Positions 1 through 13,200 of a DNA stretch of 64,000 nucleotides are shown piece after piece; position 1 is the stretch's first letter, and each line of letters begins with the position of its first letter. The translations under genes and the position numbers were made by a program. Origin of the DNA: Macrostomum lignano (taxonomy: Eukaryota); contig NIVC01000702.1 of assembly GCA_002269645.1 (NCBI GenBank), positions 310,001 to 374,000 of the forward strand, written 5' to 3'. The notes beneath the pieces were generated by a model, which saw only the letters and a program-made list of their open reading frames with translations, had not been told where the DNA came from and ran no database searches.

Positions 1-2964
1 GTAACCGTCAATAGCAGGACGTTATCTGCAGGCGGAGTAGATAATAGGAAATTAAGTAGCAAAAACACATGTCTTACCGCAAACACGGGTTCATGAAAGA
101 AATAAATCTGTCATGCAGTTGTCAGGCCAGTTACTACTGCAAATATAAAATTGCCTGATTCTGTGAGCATTTTCGCTGCGAATGTTGACAGATGTCATTG
201 TTGACCATAGTTTGATTTTCAAGATTTGATATAGAGTTGTAATTCTTATAGTACCACAGTATAGTACGCTCTACTTTACCTTTTTGTGTGCTGGCGCCCC
301 TTGGTGCTGGCGCCCCAGTGCTGTTAATTGTGAGAGACGAGATGAGACAAAAGATGATATGATAGGAGAGAAGAAGCTTAGAAGAGGAAGAGACACCAAA
401 CCTTGAGTTTCAAAGGACTCTGAAAGAGAGGCTTTTGCAGTAGGCTGCATGAATATCGTCGCTCATGACGTCAGATTTACTCGCAATTCATAACTCGTGT
501 GGCAGAGGCAAAGAGAAGTTAAGGGTGAGAGATGAGAGCACAACCCTAATAGTCTCGATGCACTTGCGATGCACCCGCGGACATTCGGTGTTTCGAATGG
601 AAATTAGATTATTCACAATTAGTCTCATATGAAAATACAATGTGCAGAATACCTTTTTACTACAGATGTGCATCAGGATTATTCGCCGTTAAAACATAAT
701 TAAATTTTATCAAGTATAGCGATCATAGAACAGGGATCGCACTACATGTAGCTGTTGTGTATGCGCGGCCGCTTGGCATGTCGCCTACTAGAGATTTGCG
801 TTCTGACTGGCTGGGAGGTTTGTCTGTCTGCCCAGACCGGCATTGGCCGGATAGGGGTTTGGTGTTTGCTGAATCATGCTAGTTAGTTTAACTATAATAT
901 ACATGTAAGTGCGCACTGGCCTTTCAAGCCTTTGACTTTTCCTACTCGCTTCTCGCATTTAGTTCACATATACACTGTGCTGAAATTTTAATAACATTAA
1001 ATTTATATTGGCGGCTTTTTGCCGAAGTTTCCCTCTTTCGCAGCCGACATGGCAACTGCTGTCGCCGCAATGTACAATTGTTTCTAAAGTGTCAAAAGTT
1101 GTACTTGTATAGTGACATGATGCCCTGGTAAAACAAATATCCGACATAATAAATGGTGAAATTTGCGAAGAGGACAACTAAAAAATCTTTTATATTTTAT
1201 AAATTGAGGAAAGTGGATAGTTAAAATTCCGAATTTTTTTGCACTCAGAAAAATAATTTATCGCATGTACGTATTTTAAAAATCATTTTCTGCGAAACTC
1301 GCGTACCGTCGCAGTGTGAGCTAGGGGTTGAATTATTCAATAGTTAGGCTTTTGGCCTATCTTAGAAAAAGGTTAGTATCAGTTTCAATTAAGTTAGGCC
1401 TATTATTTCTTGACAGCGAAAATTCAGAAAACTTATTTTAGTTTTAGTGATTTGCGTTTACTGGTATTTACGTACGTTCATATTCAAGGGATTGTACTTT
1501 CTGCTTCAGACGTTCATTTCTGTTCTGAGAATCTTTGTCTGAGACTGATTCTGATGTAGCTTTCTGTAAATCCAAAAATAGGCCTCTAATAAGAGCAATA
1601 CGAGTAAAGAAAGTCAAATTATGTAAATGGACTTTAAAAAGGCCATTAAACGTATGTATTTAATGCAATGCTAAACAATAAAGCTTATCTAGGACTAGGT
1701 GTACTTTCTACTTTCCTATCTAGAATAATTACCACTATTCTATTATAAGTCTAATTATAATTACTATTATCAGTTGTGTTGTATTTTTAATCTAAAATGA
1801 ATTTAATTTAATGAAGAATATCTTTATAAAATATTAAAATTAATTTAATTAAATAAATATAATAAGGACCTAAACTAAATAATGTCTAGTTAGGCCTACT
1901 ATAATTAAATAGTTGTTCTTTATAGAAAGCTTTTTAGCTATTATTTTTTTGGCTAGGCCATATACATTGAATTTTGATTTTTAAATAAATTCAATATAAC
2001 AAATATTTAATTTATATAATAATAAAAAATCTTAGTTTAGTAAGAACTTCATTATTTTCTTTTATGATTATGATGAGCCTTATTGTAGTAACTCAATTAT
2101 TGTAGTTAGTTTTAATTTGCTTAAAATATTCATAATATTTCTGCTAATTTGCAGAAATATCATAAAAGCACATAGCTTTTATGATAAACCACATAGCTAG
2201 CCTACTACCAAAAAGTCTAAAATGTCTAAATTTTTTTAAATATTGAATGCAAAAGTGAAACCTTGCCCTAGTTACTCCTAATTATTTTTATTTATTATAT
2301 TATATTATATTAAATAATAAATAATAAATATTATAATAATATATAATAATATATTATATTATTATTATCTACTTTTTATTCTTCTACTTATAACTTCTAC
2401 TTCTTAGTAGTATATATAGTATGTGCCTCTGTTAATTAGTTAATAGAGGCCTTTAAATGATTCTAACAATACAATAAATAATATATAGGCTTTTCCCTAT
2501 CTGTTTAGTGTTTAATAATTCTACAGAGCATCTATGCGCTTATATGTCTGTAGAACTGCTTCATTTCTATCAATAGATTAAGATATTACAGAGTATATTG
2601 CACTAGGCCTAACAGGATATTTAGAACCCTCCTGAAATTATTTATCTTTTTTATAGCAATTAAAGGTTTGTCTGACTATATTTATTATTTTAGAAAGTTA
2701 CCATTTTTTTGCCTTTCAGCAATAATTTTCAATAGGAATTGCTGATCTCATGCTATTAGCTTGTATATTACTTTTGCATCGGTAATTGACTACTTAAATA
2801 AGTAGTTTTTAACTTCCATTTTTTCAAGAGTTCAATTAAGGATAATTATTTTTAATTTCTATTTTATTAATTGATAAAAGGCTTTGATAGTTTTGATAAG
2901 CATGAAATTTATATGATATTCATTTTGCATGCAAATCCAGTTTTGCACCAAATACCAAACAAAG

Positions 2965-4545
2965 ATGCCTCAGAAAACTCACAGCTTAGTTGTTATTGGT
3001 GCCGGGGCACCACGAACTGGCACTGTCTCGCAGAAGGTGGCCCTTGAACTCCTTCTTGGCCAGCCATGCTACCATATGGGTGAAGCTTTGGGTCCTCAAA
3101 ATTCTAGGTAGGTAATGATCTCTAGTGATTGAATCAACTATGCTTGTAGCCACAAATCTAATTACAAATCTAATCTAACACTTGTCCATTAACTAGACGC
3201 CACATTCCAATGTGGATTCAAGCAGTGGAATCTGGATTGAGCAAATCGTTGGCAGATGAAATTCTTGGCAATTATTCGGCCTGCGTTGACTACCCTACCG
3301 CCAGCTTCTACCAAGAACTGATGCAGCACTATCCAAATGCCAAGGTTGGTCATAAAAAATTAACCCAGAAATTTTAAGAAATAAAATTTTACTCAGTTTA
3401 TAAGGCTGGTTTTCGCCAAAAAATACACCACAGAGATTAGAAGTTTTCATCTTTTGATATGTCATGCCTTTCTTATGGTTTTATTAATATTTATAAAGTT
3501 TCTTGTTTGGAAGATTAGAATTCTGTGTCAATTTGTTAGTCTACATACAATTCTAAATGTCCTGTGCCTATTTTAAGCTAATAATTGAGCTGTGCTATTT
3601 TAATGGTTTTTAGGCAAAGGATGTGCAGTTCAATTGCACATAAAATAAAAAATAGCATAGAGTCCTAATGTTCTAAACGAAAAGCTTTATAAATATCAAT
3701 AGAGCTGTAAGAAAGGCACAACATATCAAAAGATGAACACTGGGTCTGTCTCCTATTGAAAGCAGTAACAATTTATTTTGCTAAAAATGAAACTTCCTAT
3801 CTCCGTAGTGTGTTTTTCACTTGTACCACCAGTCACTGATACCAAAGTTGTTCATTTTTTTAAAATCAACCCAACACACAAGGATCCTATTGAAGGTCAC
3901 ACGAGTGACCATTTATTTAACGGTCACATTGCAGGATCACATTATTAACTGACGGTCACAAGTGTCAGATTTCATCTTATCGAACATTTTTTGAGAGAAA
4001 ATTTCCCAACTGAATTTATCCCTATTCGTTCGTGTTTCAAAAAAAAGTGCTCACTCTTAAACCCAACCGACTCGCAGGTGATTCTGAGCGTTCGCGACAC
4101 AAGCAGCTGGGTAGAAAGCATGCAGACCAGTATTTTGAAAGCTATGCACACTATGGAGAGATTTCCCCGTCCTTTGAAATGGTTGCTAGGCATTGGACAG
4201 GCTGACAAAATGATTGACGCCGTGTTTCGTCGCGAATTCGGCGACAATTATAACTTAGCCGATTCCGAATTCATGGCGCGTCGATTTGAGGAGAGAAACG
4301 ACTCGATTCGTCGAGTTGTTCCATCGGAACGGCTGCTCGAATTTCGCGTATCCGACGGTTGGGCACCTCTGTGCCAGTTTCTTAACTTGCCAGTGCCAGA
4401 TAAGCCGTTTCCAAGGCTGAATGATCGCAAACAGGTTGAAAGAGCTTTGAACATTATGACCGCGATCACATACGTTAGCGACGCCCTGGCAACGGCTTCT
4501 TGCATCGGATTGGCCGTCTGGATTGGTCGACGCTTCCTAAATTAA
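2965..4545 (+). CDS. Sulfotransferase, Sulfotransfer_4 family (schistosome SULT-OR-like), 3 exons
   Basis: Exons 2965-3107, 3197-3344 and 4078-4545 join in frame across GT-AG introns. Motifs VIGAGAPRTGT (PAPS-binding loop), PCYHM, VDYPTASFYQELMQHYPNAKVILSVRD and VPSERLLEFRVSDGWAPLCQFL; hydrophobic C-terminal tail. Confidence 0.88.
3418..3817. mobile_element. Foldback MITE-like element (copy 1, in sulfotransferase intron 2)
   Basis: Left end aaaaaatacaccacagagattagaagttttcat is the inverted match of right end atgaaacttcctatctccgtagtgtgttttt. The internal arms are also inverted, and the same family recurs at five other sites. Confidence 0.7.
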
Positions 4546-5485
4546 CAGCTGAAATTAAAGAATCGCTATAGGAATAGAAGTACGCTCGTATGTTCTCTAT
4601 AGTCTACTATTTTAGTAGGCGAGTAGAGAGTTTTAACGCCTAAATTTGTTTTGTAAGTAGAAAAGTCTTAGGTAAGGAGATACTAAAAATATTGTAGCTT
4701 GACATTCGCTACTTACCTAACTACTCAATTTTTACAACGTGAGTAGTCTATATAAAACATTTTTACTTTATCGCTTATTGTTTTTTTCAAATCAACTTTA
4801 TTATGAAACTCTGATTGATTATTGGAATTTTCGTGTACTCGAAGTATTCAATACGTAACCAAAACGCGCTTGCTTAAAAATGCTACTAAATTCATGTGTG
4901 TAACTTCATTCGGGAATAAATAAACTCTTATCTAACAACAATATTTAGTTTGTAGTTTCTTTTTTTACCAAAAAACTACGTAAATAAGTATTGTTTTTTA
5001 TTGCTTCGCTTTTTTCCAATATTCAATAGTGGCTTCACTTCGCTGCATATCTTTGACTGAGGCTGTAAAATGTTGTAAAACAAGAAAATCCAAGTTAGTT
5101 GCTCGCTTAAATGTGCTGCAACTTTCAACAGCTTTTTTCTGCCCTCTGCCCTCGATTTTTCCTCGAATGCATGTACCCTTTTGACAATGAGTCATGTACA
5201 CATGTTGCACGCGCGTATAAAACACATGCTACACGCCAACTGGAAAACGAATAGGGAGGGACTTCAAGAAAATAGAAAGGTCCATTAGTTGCACATTTTG
5301 TTCCTCTGTGGCCAGTACAGTCAGTTTAGAACAGCTGTTGTAGCAGCAATTCTTTGCTTTGACCATCTGATGTATGTGTAACAGCCGTAGATACCTGATG
5401 CTTATATGATGCATTTGTCCTACATAATTTACCCCATGAAGTTTCTGGAAAAGTCCTTCCTTACCGACGTAACTGTATACATTAG

Positions 5486-6264
5486 GTCTTTCAAATGAAA
5501 TTCCAGTCTCTCAAATGAAAAGCCAGTCTCTCAGATGAAATGCCAGTTTTTCAAATGAAATGCCAGTCTCTCAAATGAAATGCCAGTCTCTCAAATGAAA
5601 TGCCAGTCTCTCAAATGAAATGCCAGTCTCTCAAATGAAATTCCGTCTCTCAGATGAAATGCCAGTCTCTCAAATGAAATGCCAGTCTCTCAAATGAAAT
5701 GCCAGTCTCTCAGATGAAATGCCAGTCTCTCAAATGAAATGCCAGTCTCTCAAATGAAATTCCGTCTCTCAGATGAAATGCCAGTCTCTCAAATGAAATG
5801 CCAGTCTCTCAAATGAAATGGCAGCCTCCCAGGTGAAATGCCAGTTTCTCAAATGAAATGCCAGTCTCTCAGATGAAATGCCAGTCTCTCAAATGAATGC
5901 CAGTCTCTCAAATGAAATGCCAGTCTCTCAAATGAAATGCCAGTCTCTCAGATGAAATGCCAGTCTCTCAGATGAAATGCCAGTCTCTTAAATGAAATGC
6001 CAGTCTCTCAAATGAAATGCCAGTCTCTCAAATGAAATGCCAGTCTCTCAGATGAAATGCCAGTCTCTCAAATGAAATGCCAGTCTCTCAAATGAAATGT
6101 CAGTCTCTCAAATGAAATGCCAGTCTCTCAAATGAAATGCCAGTCTCTCAAATGAAGTGCCAGTCTCTCAAATGAAATGCCAGTCTCTCAAATGAAATGC
6201 CAGTCTCTCAAATGAAATGCCAGTCTTTAGATGAAATGCCAGTCTCTCAGATAAAATGCCAGCC
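5486..6264. repeat. Minisatellite, 20-bp unit aaatgaaatgccagtctctc
   Basis: Directly visible tandem array. Confidence 0.95.
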
Positions 6265-6809
6265 TAAAACAGCAAAACCAATCGCAAGTCACAATACCGA
6301 AGCGCATCCTAGATATTGAGACGATAATTTCATTTCTTAGAAAACAGTTTTGAAGGCTCGGCCGTTTTTCTAGATAACCAATGGTTTACTAATTAATCAA
6401 ATGTATGCGGATCTATGCAGTGCATGTCTCTCGATTCTTGTCCCTTCCGTTCCGACTGTCAGTATTGGTTGCGGCCTTCATGGTTTTGCCATAATCTGGC
6501 ACTGCAGGCACCGAGACAGCCAATGGCGCTCGATCATAGCGGCGTGGACTCTGAAATTATTGCTTTTTATATATTCCGACACAGCAGTTACCGCAGCGAC
6601 TTAAAAACTATTAGAATTCTACTAAACATTCAATGATTTACATGTACTAAAGCACCTGTTATGAGACATATACATGTACATAGACTGTCATCGGGCTGCC
6701 ATAACTGATCATGCGCATCTTGTGAACAAACTGTGCTTATAAGGTGAGTCGAAATTTTCACAAGAGCTCTACAAGTTAACGCACCTCTCACGCGTCATAC
6801 ATTAAGATA

Positions 6810-7460
6810 GTTTTACAGAATGCTGTCATGCATAAGCTACAGTCTTACAGAATGCTGTCATACATAAACTACAGTATATTTTACAGAATGCTATCATGCA
6901 TAAACTACAGTCTATTTTACAGAATGCTTCATGCATAAACTACAGTCTATTTTACAGAATGCTGTCATGCATAAGCTACAGACTATTTTACAGAATGCTT
7001 TCATGCACATGCTACAGTCTATTTTACAGAATGCTTCATGCATAAGCTACAGACTATTTTACAGAATGCTTCATGCATAAGCTACAGTCTATTTTACAGA
7101 ATGCTGTCATTCATAGCCTACAGTCTATTTTACAGAATGCTGTCATTCATAGCCTACAGTCTATTTTACAGAATGCTGTCATGCATAAGCTACAGTCTAT
7201 TTTACAGAATGCTATCATGCATAAACTACAGTCTATTTTACAGAATGCTTCATGCAGAAGCTACAGTCTATTTTACAGAATGCTGTCATGTATAAGCTAC
7301 AGTCTATTTTACAGAATGCTGTCATTCATAGCCTACAGTCTATTTTACAGAATGCTGTCATGCATAAACTACAGTCTATTTTACAGAATTCTGTCATGCA
7401 TAAGCTACAGTCTATTTTACAGAATGCTGTCATTCATAGCCTACAGTATATTTTACAGAG
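6810..7460. repeat. Minisatellite, 36-bp unit tattttacagaatgctgtcatgcataagctacagtc
   Basis: Tandem array; explains the MHKLQSILQNAV repeat ORFs. Confidence 0.95.
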
Positions 7461-8034
7461 TTCTGTAAAATTCAAATGCTACTCCAATGTTTACAGACTA
7501 AACACCAAAGGCAGCAGGACTTGAAGCTGCATATTTTCGAACCCCGATATATTAATTGCAGGGTGAACTGCATGTGATCAGTTATAGACAACCATATTTT
7601 TCATTTCTGCGGCTAGTGGTGGCTTTGCCTACTTTCAAAAAAGCCAGTCAGGCGATATGAGCGTTGCATGCGGATATTTTTTCGCGGCTGCCTCGAGGGG
7701 AGGGGGTGGTTCGAGGTTATAGGAATCTGGTCGAGACAGATAGATGTATTGATGCAGAACATTCCAAATGATTTTTAACGATGAGTCACTGCTATAGAAC
7801 CCGGCACCTTGAATGCCTCGATATAGATGATGCTTCAAGTATATCTACAACCTTTTCGTTTAGGAAACCCGATGGCAGAGGTGCTGCGGGGTTCCTGTGT
7901 AGTTCTGTTATCAGTGTAATTATTTAGCTTCACTGACCTCTGCGGTGACCTCGTCTGATTGCCATATGGTAGTTTGATTTGTCGATAAAATCATATTAGA
8001 TAGCTAACACAGGTTGGTTTGTCTTTCTTAGAAT

Positions 8035-8997
8035 AGGGCGATTCTCAGGGAGATTGTAGGGCGATTCTCAAGGAGATTGTAGGGCGATTCTCAGGGAGAT
8101 TGTAGGGCGATTCTCAAGGATATTGTAGGGCGATTCTCAAGGAGATTGTACGGCGATTCTCAGTTAGATTGTAGGGCGATTCTCAAGGAGATTGTACGGC
8201 GATTCTCAGTTAGATTTATAGGGCGATTCTCAGGGAGATTGTAGGGCGATTCTCAGGGAGATTGTACGGCGATTCTCAAGGAGATTGTAGGGCGATTCTC
8301 AGGGAGATTGTAGGGCGATTCTCAAGGATATTGTAGGGCGATTCTCAAGGAGATTGTACGGCGATTCTCAGTTAGATTGTAGGGCGATTCTCAAGGAGAT
8401 TGTACGGCGATTCTCAGTTAGATTTATAGGGCGATTCTCAGGGAGATTGTAGGGCGATTCTCAGGGATATTGTAGGGCGATTCTCAAGGAGATTGTACGG
8501 CGATTCTCAGGGAGATTGTAGGGCGATTCTCAGGGAGATTGCAGGGCGATTCTCAGGGAGATTGCAGGGCGATTCTCAAGGAGATTGTAGGGCGATTCTC
8601 AAGGAGATTGTAGGGCGATTCTCAAGGAGATTGTAGGGCGATTCTCAAGGAGATTGTAGGGCGATTCTCAGGGAGATTTTAGGGCGATTCTCAGGGAGAT
8701 TGCAGGGCGATTCTCAGGGAGATTGCAGGGCGATTCTCAAGGAGATTGTAGAGCGATTCTTAGGGAGGTTGTAGGGTGATTCTTAGGGAGATTGTAGGGT
8801 GATTCTTAGGGAGATTGTAGGGTGATTCTTAGGGAGGTTGTAGGGTGATTCTTAGGGAGATTGTAGGGTGATTCTTAGGGAGATTGTAGGGTGATTCTTA
8901 GGGAGATTGTAGGGTTATTCTTAGGGAGGTTGTAGGGTGATTCTTAGGGAGGTTGTAGGGTGATTCTTAGGGAGATTGTAGGGTGATTCTTAGGGAG
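8035..8997. repeat. Minisatellite, 23-bp unit gggagattgtagggcgattctca
   Basis: Tandem array; the unit drifts to gggagattgtagggtgattctta in the last quarter. Confidence 0.95.
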
Positions 8998-9604
8998 ACA
9001 TCTCGTAGTTTAAAATTATTGATAATTTTGAGTTAACGTAATACTCGGGGCTGCTGTGTACACCTTGGGTAATCGCGAGCGTTGCACCAGACTGAACTTC
9101 CAAAGCATCAATACCTTTGCATAAATTCCTACATCGAAAAAATAAATAATTTTCAAATGTCAAAGCTAGAAAAACTAACTGTTTTGAGGGCATTTCCTTA
9201 GCAACCGAAACGACGCACATGCCCCCCGTTTCACTTTCATTGAAAGTATCTCTTTGCTAACTTTGTCATTCATTAAACTCGCATCGCGAAACTCCTTTGG
9301 CTGGGGAGGAATTCTTTAAAAAAAGGAAAAACTCGGCAAGAATCGCCTCTCGCAGGGCGACTGCTGCGCATTTGCACTTGCCAATGAAATTTTTCGTTTC
9401 TATAGGTCTTTTTTTCGCATTTTTGCATCGAGAAATTTTTTTAACTGCCCTAATTTATTGAATTCAGTTCGTCGCTTACTTGCATGTTCACTCAACTAGG
9501 CTCACACAACTGCTTATTGCGTAAAGATCTAGGAGTGTACTCATAAGGAGCCTTGGTTCTCATCAGCTTGCCAAAAAGCCAATATTCATTTTTTATTTAA
9601 ATTA

Positions 9605-10170
9605 TGCACCCCTTCTGGCTCTATGGCCCACCACCCCTTCTGGCTCAATGGCCCACCACCCCTTCTGGCTCAATGGCCCACCACCCCTTCTGGCTCTATG
9701 GCCCACCACCCCTTCCGACTCTATGGCCCACCACCCCTTCTGGCTCTGTGGCCCACCACCCCTTCTGGCTCTATGGCCCACCACCCCTTCCGACTCTATG
9801 GCCCACCACCCCTTCTGGCTCTATGGCCCACCACCCCTTCTGGCTCTATGGCTCACCACCCTTTCTGATTTTGTGGCCCACCACCCCTTCTGGCTCTGTG
9901 GCCCACCACCCCTTCTGGCTCTATGGCCCACCACCCCTTCCGACTCTATGGCCCACCACCCCTTCTGGCTCTATGGCCCACCACTCCTTCTGGCTCTATG
10001 GCTCACCACCCTTTCTGATTTTGTGGCCCACCACCCCTTCTGGCTCTGTGGCCCACCACCCCTTCTGGCTCTGTGGTCCACCACCCCTTCTGGCTCTGTG
10101 GTCCACCACCCCTTCTGGCTCTATGGTCCACCACCCCTTCTGGCTCTGTGGCCCACCACCCCTTCTGCCC
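9605..10170. repeat. Minisatellite, 25-bp unit ggcccaccaccccttctggctctat
   Basis: Tandem array ending about 70 bp upstream of the APC-like ATG. Confidence 0.95.
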
Positions 10171-10239
10171 CTAAATTGAGGCATTTCTGACCCTTAAACA
10201 ATTTTAGAAATCTGCAACCATCGACCGTGGTCAGTCGGC

Positions 10240-13200
10240 ATGAACTCCGAACTCTCGGCAGCTGCTCATCATCGTGACGTCACTCGCCACAGAGCGGCCA
10301 GAAGGCCCAACTCTCTTCTCCTATCTCCAGCCTCTGAGTCAGCATCAGTCAGCATTCTCATTGGCAGACTCGAACAGTCTTTGGCTTCAACGTCCACCGA
10401 CTCAACTGCCGCAGTGTCTTGGTCGCTGCTGCAAGCCACCTACTCTGCTGCAGCTCGCAGGTCGCTGCTGATAAGCTCAAACTGCAACTCCCACGGCAGC
10501 TTCTTGTCGCGTCTCTGCGACTGCCTGCTGCAGGTTCTGCTGCCGTTGGCTCGCCAAGACGCTGCACTGCAGGAGACAGCGGGTCGCCTGCTCTGCGCTC
10601 TCGCCAATCTCACCTGCGGCGACTCCACAGCCAAGCAGCTCGTGACTCTTCACGCCGACGGCGCTCTGACCTCAGCAGCGGCTGCTCAGCTTCATCAAAC
10701 TGACTTCTCAGTCGGCCTCGCTGCCGCCGCCCTGCTGCGCAATCTCGGCTGGCAACCGCGGCCCGACTGCCGGCGCAGACTCCGCCTCGCAGGTGCGGCC
10801 GTCTCGCTGATGCGCTTCGTCCAGAGACTGGCAGCTCTGGAAGCGACATCGGCCAGCCGCCTTCGCTGCCCGCTGGCTGCACTCTGGAATCTGACGGACA
10901 GCTCCGGCGAGGAACACGATCATCGCTGCTCGCCTGCCGAACTCCTGGCTGTCTGCGACGTGCCTGACGGAGTTCGCTGCCTGTTCGAGTGCCTCGCTTC
11001 ACCCGACGTCGATGTTGTGGAGTCGAGCGGCGGCGTCCTGCGCAACCTGACGCCGGCGCTTTTGCGTCAGTGGGACCAGCTGGCTCCATCAGTTCTGCCG
11101 GCGCTGCCGCTGCTAGTGAAGATGCTGGACATCGGCTCGGCGAACTCGGCGAGCTCTACGACCCTCACCATGGCTGCCAATGCGTGCCGCCTCATAGCCT
11201 GCATCAGCGGCGCTGGTCGGCCTCGCGAACGACGTCTGCTGCTGTCTCTGGGCGCCGAGCCCGGCCTCCGGTGGCTTCAGCGCCTGTGCCGGCACCGCAG
11301 CGTACGGGAGGACTGCCGGACCGCTCTGAGCAACCTGCTGGCCTCGTCAGCAGCGAAGGCAGCTGCAGCCTCCGTCACATCGGCGCCTCTGTCGCCGTCG
11401 ACTCCGTCAATGTTGCTGCGCCCATCGTCGTCGATTGCATCGGACCGCGAATTGTCGCCTCTGGTTGAGGAGGTCTCGGACCCGCTTATCGGCGAGGACG
11501 CCAAAGAGGCTGGCGACCATCTGCAGCAGCCTCCACCGCAACCAATGTCGCTGCTTCCTTCTCTGTTGAGTCGTCCGTCGGCGACTCGATCAGTGGCTGC
11601 AGCGTCTCGTCCTCTTGGAATCGTTGCCCCGATGCCAAAGGCTAAGCAGCAGCCGCCGCAGGCGCAACAGCAACAACACCAGAAGCATGAGCAGCACCAG
11701 CACCAGACGCAGCAGCACCAGACGCAGCAGCACCAGACGCAGCAGCACCAGCCGCAGCAGCACCAGCCGCAGCAGCACCAGCCGCAGCAGCACCAGCCGC
11801 AGCAGCACCAGACGCAGCAGCACCAGACGCAGCAGCACCAGCCGCAGCAGCACCAGACGCAGCAGCACCAGCCGCAGCAGCACCAGACGCAGCAGCACCA
11901 GCCGCAGCAGCACCAGACGCAGCAGCACCAGACGCAGCAGCACCAGCCGCAGCAGCACCAGCCGCAGCAGCACCAGACGCAGCAGCACCAGACGCAGCAG
12001 CACCAGACGCAGCAGCACCAGACGCAGCAGCACCAGACGCAGCAGCACCAGACGCAGCAGCACCAGACGCAGCAGCACCAGACGCAGCAGCACCAGACGC
12101 AGCAGCACCAGACGCAGCAGCACCAGACGCAGCAGCACCAGATGCAGCAGCAGCGGAAGAAGCAGCCGCAGGAGCATCAGCAGCAACAGCAGCAGCACTT
12201 CCGACTGTCCTCCTCTCTGTCAAAGGACTCCGGATACGCAGATGAAGTGTCTTCAACTATTAGCGCGAGTTTGTCACCTCAGTCGCCGCCGTCTCAATCG
12301 CTACAGCCGTCGCCAGCTTCAAGACATCTGCCGATTCCAGCGTCGAATTCCAGTCGACTTCAACGGACGAAACTGGGACAGCCGACTTCCGGCCTTGCAG
12401 TGCCGCACACTGCGACTGCCGCACCCACTGGCATCCCGGGTGAGTCCTTGGTGTGCAGTTCGTCTGGCTCACTGAACCGCATTTACCATCCCCACCTTTC
12501 CCATCCCCACATTTCCCATCCTCACATTTCCCATTGTCCACATTTCCCATCCCCACATTTCCCATCCCCACATTTCCCATCCCCACCTTTCCCATCCCCA
12601 CATTTCCCATCCTCACATTTCCCATTGTCCACATTTCCCATCCCCACATTTCCCATCCCCACATTTCCCATCCCCACATTTCCCATCCCCACATTTCCCA
12701 TCCCCACATTTCCCATCCCCACATTTCCCATCCCCACATTTCCCATCCCCACATTTCCCATCCCCACATTTCCCATCCCCACATTTCCCATCCCCACATT
12801 TCCCATCCCCACATTTCCATCCCCACATTTCCCATCCCCACATTTCCCATCCCCACATTTCCCATCCCCACATTTTCCATCCCCACATTTTCCATCCCCA
12901 CATTTCCCATCCCCACATTTTCCATCCCCACATTTCCCATCCCCACATTTCCCATCCCCACATTTCCCATCCCCACATTTCCCATCCCCACATTTCCATC
13001 CCCACATTTCCGATTGTCCACATTTCCCATGGCCCACATTTCCCATTGCCCACATTTCCCATTGTCCACAGACCCCACATTTCCATCCCCACATTTCCCA
13101 TACCCCACATTTCCCATACCCTACATTTCCTATCTATACTTCATGCCTCATCATCCGTTTGCGAGTTTCTAATAAAATTTCACTCTATTTTTAAATTGTC

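Noticed and set aside
12440-13194. C-terminal 250 aa of the 984-aa ORF (PHFPS/IPTFP repeats)
   Set aside because: This lies after a strong GTGAGT donor and is intronic minisatellite; the frame is properly continued by exon 13203-13423.
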